Shown piece after piece: positions 10,452 to 21,186 of a stretch of 64,000 nt of DNA. The notes beneath the pieces are model-generated. The model was not told the DNA's origin. It was given only the letters and a program-made list of their open reading frames with translations, and ran no database searches. Source of the DNA: a virus (taxonomy: Duplodnaviria; Caudoviricetes); IMG/VR virus record IMGVR_UViG_2548876794_000003, positions 32,001 through 96,000 of that record; one strand, 5' to 3'. The position numbers and the translations under genes are program-made. The first letter of the stretch is position 1, and each line of letters starts with the position of its first letter.

Positions 10452-10695
10452 TCTTATCGCCTCCTATAAGAATGAACCATGTAGATAAACATAACCCATC
10501 TTCATCTGGATCTCGGGTAAAGACAGACGTTGTTCCTTTGTAGTCACTGGATACTTCGTAAACATAATCACCATGATGATCTTTATATTCTGCTATTACT
10601 TTGTAAATATTCCCGCGCTTGAAAAAACCATCAAGATTCTTTGTGCATTTTAATAACATTCCGTAGCTCCTCATACTAGATGGTGTCTGTCCCAT
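10444..10695 (-). CDS. Hypothetical protein
   Basis: ORF in a coupled operon; true start may be internal. Confidence 0.55.
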   Translation of the reverse strand: MGQTPSSMRSYGMLLKCTKNLDGFFKRGNIYKVIAEYKDHHGDYVYEVSSDYKGTTSVFTRDPDEDGLCLSTWFILIGGDKNE

Positions 10696-11191
10696 CCCAT
10701 TGTTTAATGACGCTTAATGGATATTTCTCCATAAAAGCCCGCGTTGTTTCTGGCAGGAAGTACTCCGCTAACTCAATGAGCGATTCAACAGATTTCATAT
10801 GTGCTTTTTTCATGCGCTCTAATTGCGCTGGTTTGTAGTAATCGCATTTGTCATACTCATAGCGATTAAAAGCAACGTCAATATCGTCCTCTTGCAATTG
10901 CTCGGTGTATCTTAATAGTTCTTCTGGTCCTTCTGTTTCAAGGACTTGATTGATTTTAGCTTCTAGTGCATCGTACACTAATACACATAATTCTTCGGAC
11001 CATTCGCGATAACCAAATCCAGCATGAAGAATGGTACTATCCCCTGCTTGATCGTTTACACTCAATTGGATTTCATAACCTTGTTCATCTACTTCCCCTT
11101 GGTCCATCAATAAGTGCAAACTTGTTCTTTCCTCAATTGGTGTATCTTCATAGCATGTTAATACAGTTAATTGGTTGTATACTCTTCCCAT
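10676..11191 (-). CDS. Hypothetical protein
   Basis: 171 aa, GGAGG RBS. Confidence 0.7.
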   Translation of the reverse strand: MGRVYNQLTVLTCYEDTPIEERTSLHLLMDQGEVDEQGYEIQLSVNDQAGDSTILHAGFGYREWSEELCVLVYDALEAKINQVLETEGPEELLRYTEQLQEDDIDVAFNRYEYDKCDYYKPAQLERMKKAHMKSVESLIELAEYFLPETTRAFMEKYPLSVIKQWDGTDTI

Positions 11192-11357
11192 TATAAAACC
11201 TCCATTTATTTTTTTCGTTTAAGTTTAGATAGCGTGTTTTTGCAGACGTCATAAATGAATAAGCAGCAGACGAAGAGAAGTACAAATAGGACAATAATCG
11301 CTGAGATGCCATGGAAAGCAATCGAGATTTCATTTAATTCGTCTAAGAAGGACATGC

Positions 11358-11528
11358 TCATTCATCCTCATCTTCTAATTGATAGTCCGTATGATAAAAC
11401 TCGTGGATACATACGGGAGTCCATCCAGTGATATAGTCTTCGTCATGCGAAATAACGTAATTGTTGTAAGCGACGATTAGGTCCTCTAATTCGTCTTTAT
11501 CTAATGATTCAACAAGCTCTCTTAACAT
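11358..11528 (-). CDS. 56-aa hypothetical protein (below ORF-track cutoff)
   Basis: MLRELVESLDKDELEDLIVAYNNYV...GWTPVCIHEFY; GGAG RBS. Confidence 0.6.
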   Translation of the reverse strand: MLRELVESLDKDELEDLIVAYNNYVISHDEDYITGWTPVCIHEFYHTDYQLEDEDE

Positions 11529-11553
11529 ATAAATTCTCCGTTTCTTTGTAGCT

Positions 11554-11904
11554 CTATGCGTTCACGCAAAAGAGCATGTATTTATTGAAATTTGTCGTAT
11601 TTTTAATCTTTTTGAATACCGTTGCATCTCCTGGAGAATGCCATTCACTTTCAATGCTTGAAATGATTCCCGTAAGTGATGCTTTAGTTAATGGGAAACA
11701 TTTATTCGCAGGGTAATTTCGGCCACCAGTCATTTGCATGATAGTTGAGACAACAGCATCTTCATCGTTCCATGACGCTACCTTTTCAAATGCTTTAAAA
11801 TTTTTATTCGCATATGTAAGAATGTCGTAAGTTGATTTAGTCCATTCAACTAGATTTTTCTCCATCTTATATACATGTAGGCCCATCCTAGTATTCTTCC
11901 TCAC
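11554..11904 (-). CDS. Hypothetical protein
   Basis: 116-aa ORF in operon. Confidence 0.6.
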   Translation of the reverse strand: MRKNTRMGLHVYKMEKNLVEWTKSTYDILTYANKNFKAFEKVASWNDEDAVVSTIMQMTGGRNYPANKCFPLTKASLTGIISSIESEWHSPGDATVFKKIKNTTNFNKYMLFCVNA

Positions 11905-12151
11905 GCATTGTCACATTGCCGCCTAGTGAACAAATTTCTGATTCTAAGCATGAAACGCAAATCCAACGGTGCACGTCTTTCGTGAAGTTCACATTTACAG
12001 AAACTTCTCCTCTTACTGATAAGTATGTTGGTCTAGGTATAAGCACTCCAACTTCTTCGTCACAGAAGTAACAATGGTTTGGTGCGGTGTCTGGACAATT
12101 CTCTACAGCAACAGTTGCTCTTTTTGTAATTTCTTCTGTTGATAATTTCAT
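11888..12151 (-). CDS. Small zinc-finger protein
   Basis: CYFC...CVSC; AGGAG RBS. Confidence 0.65.
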   Translation of the reverse strand: MKLSTEEITKRATVAVENCPDTAPNHCYFCDEEVGVLIPRPTYLSVRGEVSVNVNFTKDVHRWICVSCLESEICSLGGNVTMREEEY

Positions 12152-12163
12152 GGTTAATCTCTC

Positions 12164-13438
12164 CTAAATAATTAATTGCAATCGTTCGTTTACTTCGCTG
12201 ATTACTTTCTTCTCTACTGGGTGTGCATCTATATGTACACCTTTATTATTTTCTTTACGCTCTTTTAAAAATTGCTCATTCGACTTGGCAATCTTTTCAC
12301 GCTTCTCCTTTTCAACGGTGTTCAATTTTACATTAAAAGGCGGGTTAGTCAACAATCTATCAAACGGAATTTCACGAGCTTGTGCTATAACGATTTCACG
12401 TTGAACATCTTCTGGTATGTTCTCCCATGGTTCGTACAAGTAATCATCGTATTGGAATATTTCTCGTTTTGTTAAATCAATTGCCCCAACATATATATCA
12501 ACTACTTGTGACTTTTCTTTAAAGATGTCCACCGGCGCATAGTATTCACCAAGTAATGAGTCCCCGTTGTATATGCGCGTGTTCGTTTTAAACTCATAGT
12601 ATTTGTTGATTGTTAATGTTAATCGGTCCACATGAATACCAACGACAGGTCTAGGCACATATAAAGCCCATGGTTTGTAAATGAAGCACTGAATAGCGGC
12701 CACTTTTGTCATTGTTAGACTTAGATCGGCGCCAACAATATTTAAAGATTCTGATGGAAGAATCATAGCTGCTCCACCGACACATGGTTCGAATTGAGAA
12801 GCGGTTCGATCTTGCATGACATCTTCTTTTGAAGTCATTATGTGCATCAACTTCGTAACTTGTATTGGTGTAGGAAAATAATCCAAATGACCACTTTGAC
12901 CGTTTGCTGAAACAAATTCTGATAGATAATCTGCTGGATAAAGATAGAACAGGTCCAATACGAACTCACGATACAATTCCTCGTAGGCCTTATCGCTTAG
13001 CCTAGGCTTTTCAAACCATGCAATGCCTAAGCTATAACCAATCCATTCAATGAACTCGCCAACATAATGGCCATCTTTGCGAACAATCTCCATACAATGT
13101 TCTAGCATTTTTTTGCATGCTTCATGTTCTTTGTTCTCGAATAGAGTGTGCTGTTTAGGGAAATCAAGAACATTCCCTTCCCCTTTTTCGCAAGCAAGGA
13201 GCCAGTTGTACCAGCTTCCTGTCATAAGAGTATCCATCGTTAAAGCCAATCCACGCATCCATCCAAAGAAATGAGCATTTTTCGCAGAGCTTGGAGGGCA
13301 TGTATATAAAGGATGATTTTGAATTTCTGAAATACGAACCATTGCTTGTAGTTGTTTTTCTCTCGGCATACTTTTAACATATTCCGCCGCCTTCATTTTT
13401 TCTTGCTCCATTAGTTTTTGATACGCAGTCTTTGCCAT
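12164..13438 (-). CDS. Orphan N6-adenine DNA methyltransferase-like protein
   Basis: DYFPTP, motif I-like FEPCVGGAAM, GDSL, motif IV TNPPFN. Confidence 0.75.
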   Translation of the reverse strand: MAKTAYQKLMEQEKMKAAEYVKSMPREKQLQAMVRISEIQNHPLYTCPPSSAKNAHFFGWMRGLALTMDTLMTGSWYNWLLACEKGEGNVLDFPKQHTLFENKEHEACKKMLEHCMEIVRKDGHYVGEFIEWIGYSLGIAWFEKPRLSDKAYEELYREFVLDLFYLYPADYLSEFVSANGQSGHLDYFPTPIQVTKLMHIMTSKEDVMQDRTASQFEPCVGGAAMILPSESLNIVGADLSLTMTKVAAIQCFIYKPWALYVPRPVVGIHVDRLTLTINKYYEFKTNTRIYNGDSLLGEYYAPVDIFKEKSQVVDIYVGAIDLTKREIFQYDDYLYEPWENIPEDVQREIVIAQAREIPFDRLLTNPPFNVKLNTVEKEKREKIAKSNEQFLKERKENNKGVHIDAHPVEKKVISEVNERLQLII

Positions 13439-13456
13439 ATTAGATGCACCCTTTAA

Positions 13457-13939
13457 CTATTTATTTTTTCTTCTTCGTGTTCCTAACACACCTGTTAACA
13501 TTTGATTCGCTGACTCTTCATAATGAAGAACTTTTACTCCACCTTCTGTTAGATACTTTTCATGTTGAAGGTAAAGTTTTTGATCGAAATTAAATCGTGC
13601 TGCTGCAGCTAAGATTTCTTCATTGCTTACAAACACCTCTCCGCACACAGAACCTCTCCCCTCCATGAGTGCATTTTTGATAGCAATGTCTGGTGATTTA
13701 AAGAAATCTCCTCGCTCTATATCAATCGACATATCTGCAGAAACTAGCAAATGAATACGTTCAATTGACAATAAACGCTCTTCATCTTTGTAGAACCCTT
13801 CTTCTACGTATTTTTCGATAGGTGTACATGATGTACCTTCACTGTTATTTGTTTGAATTTCATTAGAATATCCCTCGATAAGACGGATAAGTGCGGCTTT
13901 ATCTAGCTTTCGCAAAGCTAATTTAGTGTTATATTCCAT
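13457..13939 (-). CDS. Hypothetical protein
   Basis: 160 aa, AGGAG RBS. Confidence 0.7.
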   Translation of the reverse strand: MEYNTKLALRKLDKAALIRLIEGYSNEIQTNNSEGTSCTPIEKYVEEGFYKDEERLLSIERIHLLVSADMSIDIERGDFFKSPDIAIKNALMEGRGSVCGEVFVSNEEILAAAARFNFDQKLYLQHEKYLTEGGVKVLHYEESANQMLTGVLGTRRRKNK

Positions 13940-14003
13940 TTTGTAATCTCCTAGAGTTTCTTCCTATTTAATAGGGTTTTATACAAACAAAAAAAGAGAG
14001 CTC

Positions 14004-14435
14004 TTAGGCTCTCTCATTGACTACAATTTTTCCGTTGTAGTAGTTTTCATTTTTCGGACTGACATAAAGGTAAAATCCATTGTCATAGTCGTGTCCTATA
14101 TTAGCATCGCAACATATATATGCTTTCACTTCTTCAATAACCTCTGAAACATCATGTAGAATATAATATCCTATATTGTCATGAACGTAATTCATAAGTG
14201 TTGTATCTAAAGCAGGGTACGTTGATTGTTCCCCATCGAATGCTAATTCCTTAATTGAGATAGTAAGTAGAGAATGTTCCTGCTTTTCGTAAGCATGTAT
14301 CAATGTCTCTGGCGCTAGACCATAAATATCTAAAAGTTGAGTTAAGAATCTGGCAGGATCCTTACCCAACTTGTCCTCCATGAATTGGCAGTCAAGGATA
14401 ATACGGACGTCAGATAAGTCGTGCAATTTATGCAT
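14004..14435 (-). CDS. Hypothetical protein (likely start MHKLHD)
   Basis: ATG overlaps the stop of the upstream gene. Confidence 0.6.
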   Translation of the reverse strand: MHKLHDLSDVRIILDCQFMEDKLGKDPARFLTQLLDIYGLAPETLIHAYEKQEHSLLTISIKELAFDGEQSTYPALDTTLMNYVHDNIGYYILHDVSEVIEEVKAYICCDANIGHDYDNGFYLYVSPKNENYYNGKIVVNERA

Positions 14436-15138
14436 GCATTGCATCTCTTGCTGTGCTTTGACGGTAAGTACCTTCAATTAAATGCACAAGCATATTCATT
14501 TTGCGGTCGTTGCGATAAGATTCGCCCAAGTGCGGTGCGATTGAAATGAAAGCTTCCATTAGGGTTGCGTTCACCAATGCAGAAGTAACGCGAGGATAGT
14601 CTCCTTCTAATACTTCTTGAACAAATTCTTCTGAAAAGATTTGTTGTGAATAAACATCGTCTGTTAAACCTTCATCGAATAAATCAAAATGAGTATGCGT
14701 TGCAAGCTCTTCTAATGGTGAAGCAGATGCACTCGTCATAAAATCAATACCTTCTGTTAAACGTACTAAGTGGTAAGCATTTTGAGAAATAAGCCCGCGA
14801 ATATATTGCGTTGCAAAACCTTCGCGTTCTTTTAGTCGTTCGTAAGAAATCTTGAAGATTGATTCAGAAGATATAACCTGTTGATGAAGTTCTTTAAGTT
14901 CTGAAACCTGTTCGGCAGAAGTTTCAGCGTGTTCGAACAATTCCATCGCATTCATTAAGAGATTCTTTGAATACTCGTGAGCCCATTTGTAATGTTCAAT
15001 CATACGATCTCGCTCTGGAGGTGTCATGCAACCAATGTCTCCTGGGTTGAAGTCGCGCATTTTTTGCAGTTGCGCGAATCGTACCTCCATAGTTTCTTCT
15101 GGGTTGACGGCAGTCATTAATTCTATTGAATTGTTCAT
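14428..15138 (-). CDS. Hypothetical protein
   Basis: 236 aa, GGAGG RBS. Confidence 0.75.
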   Translation of the reverse strand: MNNSIELMTAVNPEETMEVRFAQLQKMRDFNPGDIGCMTPPERDRMIEHYKWAHEYSKNLLMNAMELFEHAETSAEQVSELKELHQQVISSESIFKISYERLKEREGFATQYIRGLISQNAYHLVRLTEGIDFMTSASASPLEELATHTHFDLFDEGLTDDVYSQQIFSEEFVQEVLEGDYPRVTSALVNATLMEAFISIAPHLGESYRNDRKMNMLVHLIEGTYRQSTARDAMHA

Positions 15139-15570
15139 TTAAAATCCTCCATGTTAGATGTTTTTAGTCGGTTTGGGTGTACTTTTTAACGTGAGTACGA
15201 CACAAGTGATAGATTAATGTGGTTATATAGTAAAAATATTGAATAATATACTAAAAAAGAATAGCCAACCGCTAATTGGCTAATAACTACTCAATCTTTT
15301 ATTTCTTGCTCATATGTAACAAGTCTTATAAACCTAGTCAACTACTAAGTATTTCATCATACTCAGGAATCTCCTTTCGTCTAAATGACCTTTCGCGATG
15401 AATATTATATACCGAACGCTATGGAAGGTATATAGGACTTATGTTATCTATAAATATCATATTATTACTTTTATTCTATATTTGTAAATTAAAATGAATC
15501 AAGTTTATTATTTATATCAATTTAACGACAAAAATATAGAATGCTCAGTCATTCTTTCTTCTCACAACTT

Positions 15571-16116
15571 TTATCTAATGCGAAGTTGGTTATTAAACAC
15601 AACGTATTTTGTCGTTTCTTCATGAGAGATGATGTTGTCTAGCGCTTCTTCATAAGAATCAGCGGAATAGCTGCTAATTAAATAAAAGGCGCCGAGTTGA
15701 GTACGCTTGTTTTCTTCCTTATCTATATGTATAGATTTAATAATGAACCCTGTGTACGGATTTTTACCTTTACCATTAACGGTAAAACCCTGGTTTAGAC
15801 TCATAGATTCCACTGTTGTTTCTGACGCTTTAACGATTTCTTCTGGATAGAATTCCATTAGTGATTCTTTAATCTGATCTTCTACTAAATCTTGTGAAGC
15901 GAATTTAACAGAATGTCGCACGTTGTTATAGAATCGTTTGTTAGTCGAAGCTGCGTTATTGTTTCCTACTTGCATAGTTCGAATGAAAGCGACCGTTTCG
16001 TCCATAGAAGCGTTCGCCACTTTCGGAACAGGTATTTCTAATGGAGACATAAAAACTTGCTTTGGTCCGTTAACGACTTCAAAGCCAACTTTTCGTACTT
16101 TTGAACGTTCCATCAT
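15571..16116 (-). CDS. Hypothetical protein
   Basis: 181-aa ORF. Confidence 0.65.
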   Translation of the reverse strand: MMERSKVRKVGFEVVNGPKQVFMSPLEIPVPKVANASMDETVAFIRTMQVGNNNAASTNKRFYNNVRHSVKFASQDLVEDQIKESLMEFYPEEIVKASETTVESMSLNQGFTVNGKGKNPYTGFIIKSIHIDKEENKRTQLGAFYLISSYSADSYEEALDNIISHEETTKYVVFNNQLRIR

Positions 16117-16914
16117 AACAAGACCACTCCATTCTTTGTTAGTTTAATGCGTTTGTTAGTTATTGTTGGTTTCATAATTGTCTTCGCCCCTTATTGAATT
16201 TTGTTTTAAAAACATGTGAAAATTGTTTGGCAAAATATAATGTCAAATTACTGTGTGACTTACGCACACGATTAAGACAGTAACCATTGATCGCTAATGT
16301 CAAAGTTATTCGACTTCGACACCAGTACATTAAATCAACTATCTATTACACATAGTTTTTCCATGCTCAATATGTCAATAAGTGCAATGCGAAGATGATG
16401 TAGCTTCCTTACGAATAGTAAACAGCCTTTCATCTGCATTCGTCTCCCTAAATCTGGTGCGTCAAAAAACTGATGTATAGAGATATACCTGCATATCTAT
16501 AAAATAAGATATTTATATACGAGTATATTTGCATACATATGACACTGCATACTTTTAACATCGTATATGAATATACAAGAAGTATTGCATGTCTTTGATA
16601 TTGATTTGTAATTTAAGCTATTGCCTTTCTGTGATACATCTTTTCTATTATGTATTCAAGCACTGTTAATTGTTCTGGTATTCATATGCGAAATCAGTGT
16701 GATTCAACTCCTTGCACGATAATCTTGATACAAGTAAGTTTTCTCTTAACGCAATGTATTTAACAATTGGATTTTGAACGACCTCTTTGAAAGCATCTAA
16801 AGAACTGTATCCTGTAGTCATTGCTTTACGGTGAATCGTTGAAGCTGCGTCCAGAAGTTGTTGAATGCTCGAATTTGTATTTTTAGTCTTTTGCAGATAA
16901 ATCACCTCCTTTCG

Positions 16915-18185
16915 TTGTATACACATATGCAAATAACATTGTATGCAAGCATACATTGAACACTGTAGCATTGCATACCATTCTATGTGTATACCCATAT
17001 GTCTGCATACTTTGTTGCATGTAGAACAGCATACGGATAAAACAGAATACTCGCATACGAATAACGTAGCATACTATTCTATGTGTATGTACACATGCAA
17101 GCATACAATTCTACTTATATGACGATATACGAGCATACAAGCATACTTTTCTATTTGTATATTTGCATACGAATAATATCGCATACTTATATACCATGTC
17201 GAGCGCATACGAAATTAAATGTATACCTTGTTATTAGCATGCACGTATACTCGCAGACAAGTAACAACGCAACATCGCATAGGAACATACAAATAACATA
17301 TAGACATTGCAACATGGCATGCCTGTATAAGAATAACAATGCAACATCATATGCAGATATACGAATCAAAAGATAACATGGTATATCTGCATACAAGCAT
17401 ACATATATACTTTAGACATCGCATGCACATATATGAATAACATCGTGACATTGTAACATAGCATGTGGATATACGAATATATTCATGACATCGCACACTA
17501 ATATGCTTACATACAAATAACAATGCGACATCGTATATCAACATACATTTTCGGCCGCATATTATGTTATTTGAATACAGATATACTTGCATACTCATAA
17601 AACGGTATACCAATAACATAGCAACAAAGCATACACATATACTCGTATGCAGATAACATTGTATATGAGCGTCATCACATACAAGTAACACAACATACTT
17701 TTAACATGGTATGCGAACAAACATCACATGCATATATACTATGTCACTCACATACCTACATGCAGATATACAAATTACATCGCATATTATGTTGCTGTGT
17801 CTCATTGTTACTTGTTACATCATATACGAATATACTTGCATGCTATGTTACTTGCATATCAGCATACATATATATAGATAACATCATATACTTGTGACGC
17901 AACATACTGATAACATGCCATACTTATGACATTGTATATTTGTGACGTAGCAACATCGCATTCGAATATACCCACATACATATAACAACATGACATCGCA
18001 CACAAACATACAAATATGCCCGCATATAAATATATTCCTAACATCGTATGCTTATATACAAACCAATAGAGTAGGGGAGTCGCATACAAGTAACATTACA
18101 TACACATAACATGGCATACATGACCGTTATATAAGTGAGCGTCTCCAACTTGCATACAAATAACATCGCATACAAAAGTGAACAT
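16915..18185. repeat. Degenerate GCATAC/TAACAT octamer array (putative centromere/iteron region)
   Basis: Many direct and inverted variants of GCATAC and TAACAT(C/T), e.g. TTGCATACAAATAACATCGCATAC; ORFs here are C/Y/M/H-rich artefacts. Confidence 0.8.
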
Positions 18186-18226
18186 ATAAAAAGCGTACCC
18201 GGTAAAAGGTACGCCTGTTGATTAGT

Positions 18227-18472
18227 TTAGAGTACGTTGATTACGCCAAACTCTACACATCCATCTGCTAGAGATTTCTTGTACTGTTTAATCTCGATCA
18301 CTGGAATATCAATATCGCCAGTGTGAATCTCTTCGAAGTCTTTCTCGAATCCATCGGCAATCAGTTTGCTCTCCGCTTCTTCATACGTGTCATAGCTTGT
18401 ATGAGCGACTTGTTTAACCTCTGTACCGTCTTTACTGAATCGAGTAATTGTTACATGCACATTCTTGTCCAT
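18227..18472 (-). CDS. Small hypothetical protein (YxTxxEA..L...G[FY] family)
   Basis: 81 aa, GGAGG RBS, terminator-like hairpin at about 18188-18215. Confidence 0.7.
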   Translation of the reverse strand: MDKNVHVTITRFSKDGTEVKQVAHTSYDTYEEAESKLIADGFEKDFEEIHTGDIDIPVIEIKQYKKSLADGCVEFGVINVL

Positions 18473-18484
18473 GTTACCTTCCTC

Positions 18485-18736
18485 CTAGTTCTCCTTTAAA
18501 TCGTCGATTTTGTGCAGCGTGTAGAGAGAGAAGCTGCCATCTTCATTCGTGGAACGAAGCGTGATAATAGCATCTGGTGGTGTGGCTGCTTTATCTTCTT
18601 CGTAACCCATCTCATGGAGTCGAGTCATTTCTAACCCGTACTCATTGACTGAAAAAGGTGAATCCTCGCCTTTTAAAAGATTGCCACCTTTGTCGTAGTT
18701 TGTTTTTGCTGTTAATACTTTTGTTGCTTTGTCCAT
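18485..18736 (-). CDS. Small hypothetical protein
   Basis: 83 aa, RBS present. Confidence 0.65.
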   Translation of the reverse strand: MDKATKVLTAKTNYDKGGNLLKGEDSPFSVNEYGLEMTRLHEMGYEEDKAATPPDAIITLRSTNEDGSFSLYTLHKIDDLKEN

Positions 18737-18787
18737 ATCATCTTCCCCTTTGCTCGTTTGATAGTTTAATTATAAAGCAAGGGACAA

Positions 18788-18997
18788 CTAAACACCCGTA
18801 GAAAAAGGCCTCACTTCTGCAAGTAGTAATTCTTTAGTGTGCATCTTTATGTATTGATGCCCTCCAGATGAAGCGTAGCCGTTCTCTAAGAGCCAGTTGG
18901 TAGCTTCCGAGTAGGTAGAGTGGTTTGATACTTCTAAACGCTCACCACGTTCATTGAGAGCATTCCACGCTACTACGGTAAATCGTGTGTCGTTCAT
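18788..18997 (-). CDS. Small hypothetical protein (same motif family)
   Basis: 69 aa, HSTYSEATNWLLENGY; AGGAGG RBS. Confidence 0.7.
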   Translation of the reverse strand: MNDTRFTVVAWNALNERGERLEVSNHSTYSEATNWLLENGYASSGGHQYIKMHTKELLLAEVRPFSTGV

Positions 18998-19187
18998 ACG
19001 CTATCCCTCCTACATAGATTATAACCTGCAATCGCGGCCGCAAAACGGATTGATTTTAAATAAACAAACCTACGCATGCTTGCATACAAGTAACATTGCA
19101 TACATATAAAAGAAGAAGGCATACACATATATCTCAGACGAGATAACGCATAGCCTTCTTTACTGTTAAAACATTATGTACGCAATG

Positions 19188-19880
19188 CTAATTTACACTT
19201 GCTGTATGTACTAATTGCTCGTCATTGATTGCATCCGACTCCAAGGGGAAACCGTAGATCTCTACAACGAGCTGGTCCTTACGCCATTCTGTAAAACCAC
19301 ATTCCTCCGCCGTCTTGATAAAGCCCAGTCCAACTAAGCGTTCTTCCGCAGCTTTTAGATTCGTATAGCATCCAATAGGTGAGCCCCACGTATTCACACC
19401 ATTTACTTCTTTGTGCATGACTGGCACATATATTTCCGCAGAAGGAGTAGCAAGACCTTCCGCTTCCCATTCATAAATAACCTGGCAGAATTCGGCGTCA
19501 GAAATATTGTATTTGTTTCTGTATTCCTCTAATTCATTCTCTATCATTTGGTCAGAGATAATCCCAATAGATAGTAACTCACCTTTGTCATTCATTCTAA
19601 TCTCCTCAGCACCATCTTCATGTACATAGCCTAAGCGATTAGCATGCGCTACTGCATCTTCCAACATACTGAACGTTCCAGAGTAGTAGGGTACATGAGC
19701 GTCTACACTTCTATCGGCAAAGAAGTATAGCATATAACGTTGGCTACCTCTGAATAATCCGTATAGTCTTTTGAGCTCCTCATGCGTAGGAGTTCCTATT
19801 TCCTCCATCGTGAAACATCTCATACTAGCTTCTTCTACAATCTTATCTCGTCGTTCATCCATTTCGTTCATGTTTAACAT
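19188..19880 (-). CDS. Hypothetical protein with two copies of the same motif
   Basis: 230 aa, AAGGAG RBS. Confidence 0.7.
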   Translation of the reverse strand: MLNMNEMDERRDKIVEEASMRCFTMEEIGTPTHEELKRLYGLFRGSQRYMLYFFADRSVDAHVPYYSGTFSMLEDAVAHANRLGYVHEDGAEEIRMNDKGELLSIGIISDQMIENELEEYRNKYNISDAEFCQVIYEWEAEGLATPSAEIYVPVMHKEVNGVNTWGSPIGCYTNLKAAEERLVGLGFIKTAEECGFTEWRKDQLVVEIYGFPLESDAINDEQLVHTASVN

Positions 19881-20217
19881 CTCCTTCGTTGGCTGACATT
19901 TTACATGAAACGCTGTGAATTACAACCTTTCTTCTACAACTTGTACAGTACATTGTTGCACAAAATAATCTACAGAATGTGTATAAGATGTAAAATCATA
20001 GGTAACTATAGTTGTCCAACTGTCATGTAAGCCCGAAGCGGCACTCAAAGCCAGTAGATACCCAATACGATGTAAAGAACGCAGAGGGGACAAGGGTTTT
20101 CAAAGGTTAATAGGGGAGAGCAGAACGCTAAAAAGCAGAGAGAACAGGGCAGAAAGTGGCTGTAACATCTCAATATGCGAAAACGACTAGGTAGCCTCGT
20201 AGAAAATGATTGCTTTT

Positions 20218-20643
20218 CTAACGATTGGTGAAGACGTCATAGGGGTTAATACCAGCATGAATCAATTCCATCGCTTCCACGTACATGCTATCTATTGAAT
20301 GGAAGTCGCTTCGTTGCCCACGAACGTTAGATGAACTAAGAGAGCTCGCTGTTTGTTTGTGGATTACTTTGTTGTATAGCGTATCTAAATGCGATGTCAG
20401 TTCATCCAGTGAGCTCCCAGCGTATAAGAAGGACTGTTCTTTGTTAGCGGATAGTAATTGCTCCGCTTCAACCATAGCTGCAAGCGTATCGGATGGATAA
20501 TAAAAAGTCATCCAGTCATACTTGTTTTTGTCTATCTTTAATTGTATGCTCGCATACTTGCATACACGCATACATAGTGGCGTAATGTACCTAGACCGCG
20601 CCGTTGCGCGATTCTTGATGTCTAACTGTTCGAGTAGATTCAT
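20218..20643 (-). CDS. Hypothetical protein (MNLL N-terminus)
   Basis: 141 aa, ATGA overlap with the upstream gene. Confidence 0.65.
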   Translation of the reverse strand: MNLLEQLDIKNRATARSRYITPLCMRVCKYASIQLKIDKNKYDWMTFYYPSDTLAAMVEAEQLLSANKEQSFLYAGSSLDELTSHLDTLYNKVIHKQTASSLSSSNVRGQRSDFHSIDSMYVEAMELIHAGINPYDVFTNR

Positions 20644-21161
20644 TTTGATCGCTCCGATACTTCGTATTTGTCGAATAGGTCGTGCATGAAATCTCGAAGC
20701 GGTGAGTTCTCTATTGTCTCATAATGACTTGAGTACTCGTACGTGAAGTAAGGTTCGTAGTAACAATGATTCCTGAACAGTTTTTGTACGCGACGTTCCA
20801 TAAATGGCCCGCGTACTACACCACGTTTTACTAATTCTTTTGTGGCATATCTTTCTATATCTAAATCATCAGAGAAAACAGCCACTCGCTTTTTTGTGTA
20901 ATGATAGAGCAAGGTATCATGTAGTTTTATCTCACCCTCGGACAAAATATTCGTCCAAGTAGGGGAGGGGAGGAACATACGCATGTAGTCTAGTTTGTGA
21001 TGATTGCTCATGTGAGCGAACAAATCACAGCATGCTTGTACAATTTCTTCGTTCTTTCTGGTGCGTGTAATGTAGTAAAAGGCAGCGTAATATTGCTCTG
21101 ATACAACGTACCCTCTGTCGCGAAAGACTTGTATTTCTTCTAAGCGGTCTAGCAAATTCAT
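20640..21161 (-). CDS. Hypothetical protein (MNLL N-terminus)
   Basis: 173 aa, AAGGAG RBS. Confidence 0.7.
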   Translation of the reverse strand: MNLLDRLEEIQVFRDRGYVVSEQYYAAFYYITRTRKNEEIVQACCDLFAHMSNHHKLDYMRMFLPSPTWTNILSEGEIKLHDTLLYHYTKKRVAVFSDDLDIERYATKELVKRGVVRGPFMERRVQKLFRNHCYYEPYFTYEYSSHYETIENSPLRDFMHDLFDKYEVSERSK

Positions 21162-21186
21162 TTAGTCGGACTCCTTTTTGCATTGC

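Noticed and set aside
16883-18089. Cluster of C/Y/M/H/I-rich ORFs on both strands
   Set aside because: By-products of the GCATAC/TAACAT repeat; no RBS and implausible composition
16915-18185. CRISPR array
   Set aside because: No constant repeat with unique spacers; no cas genes seen
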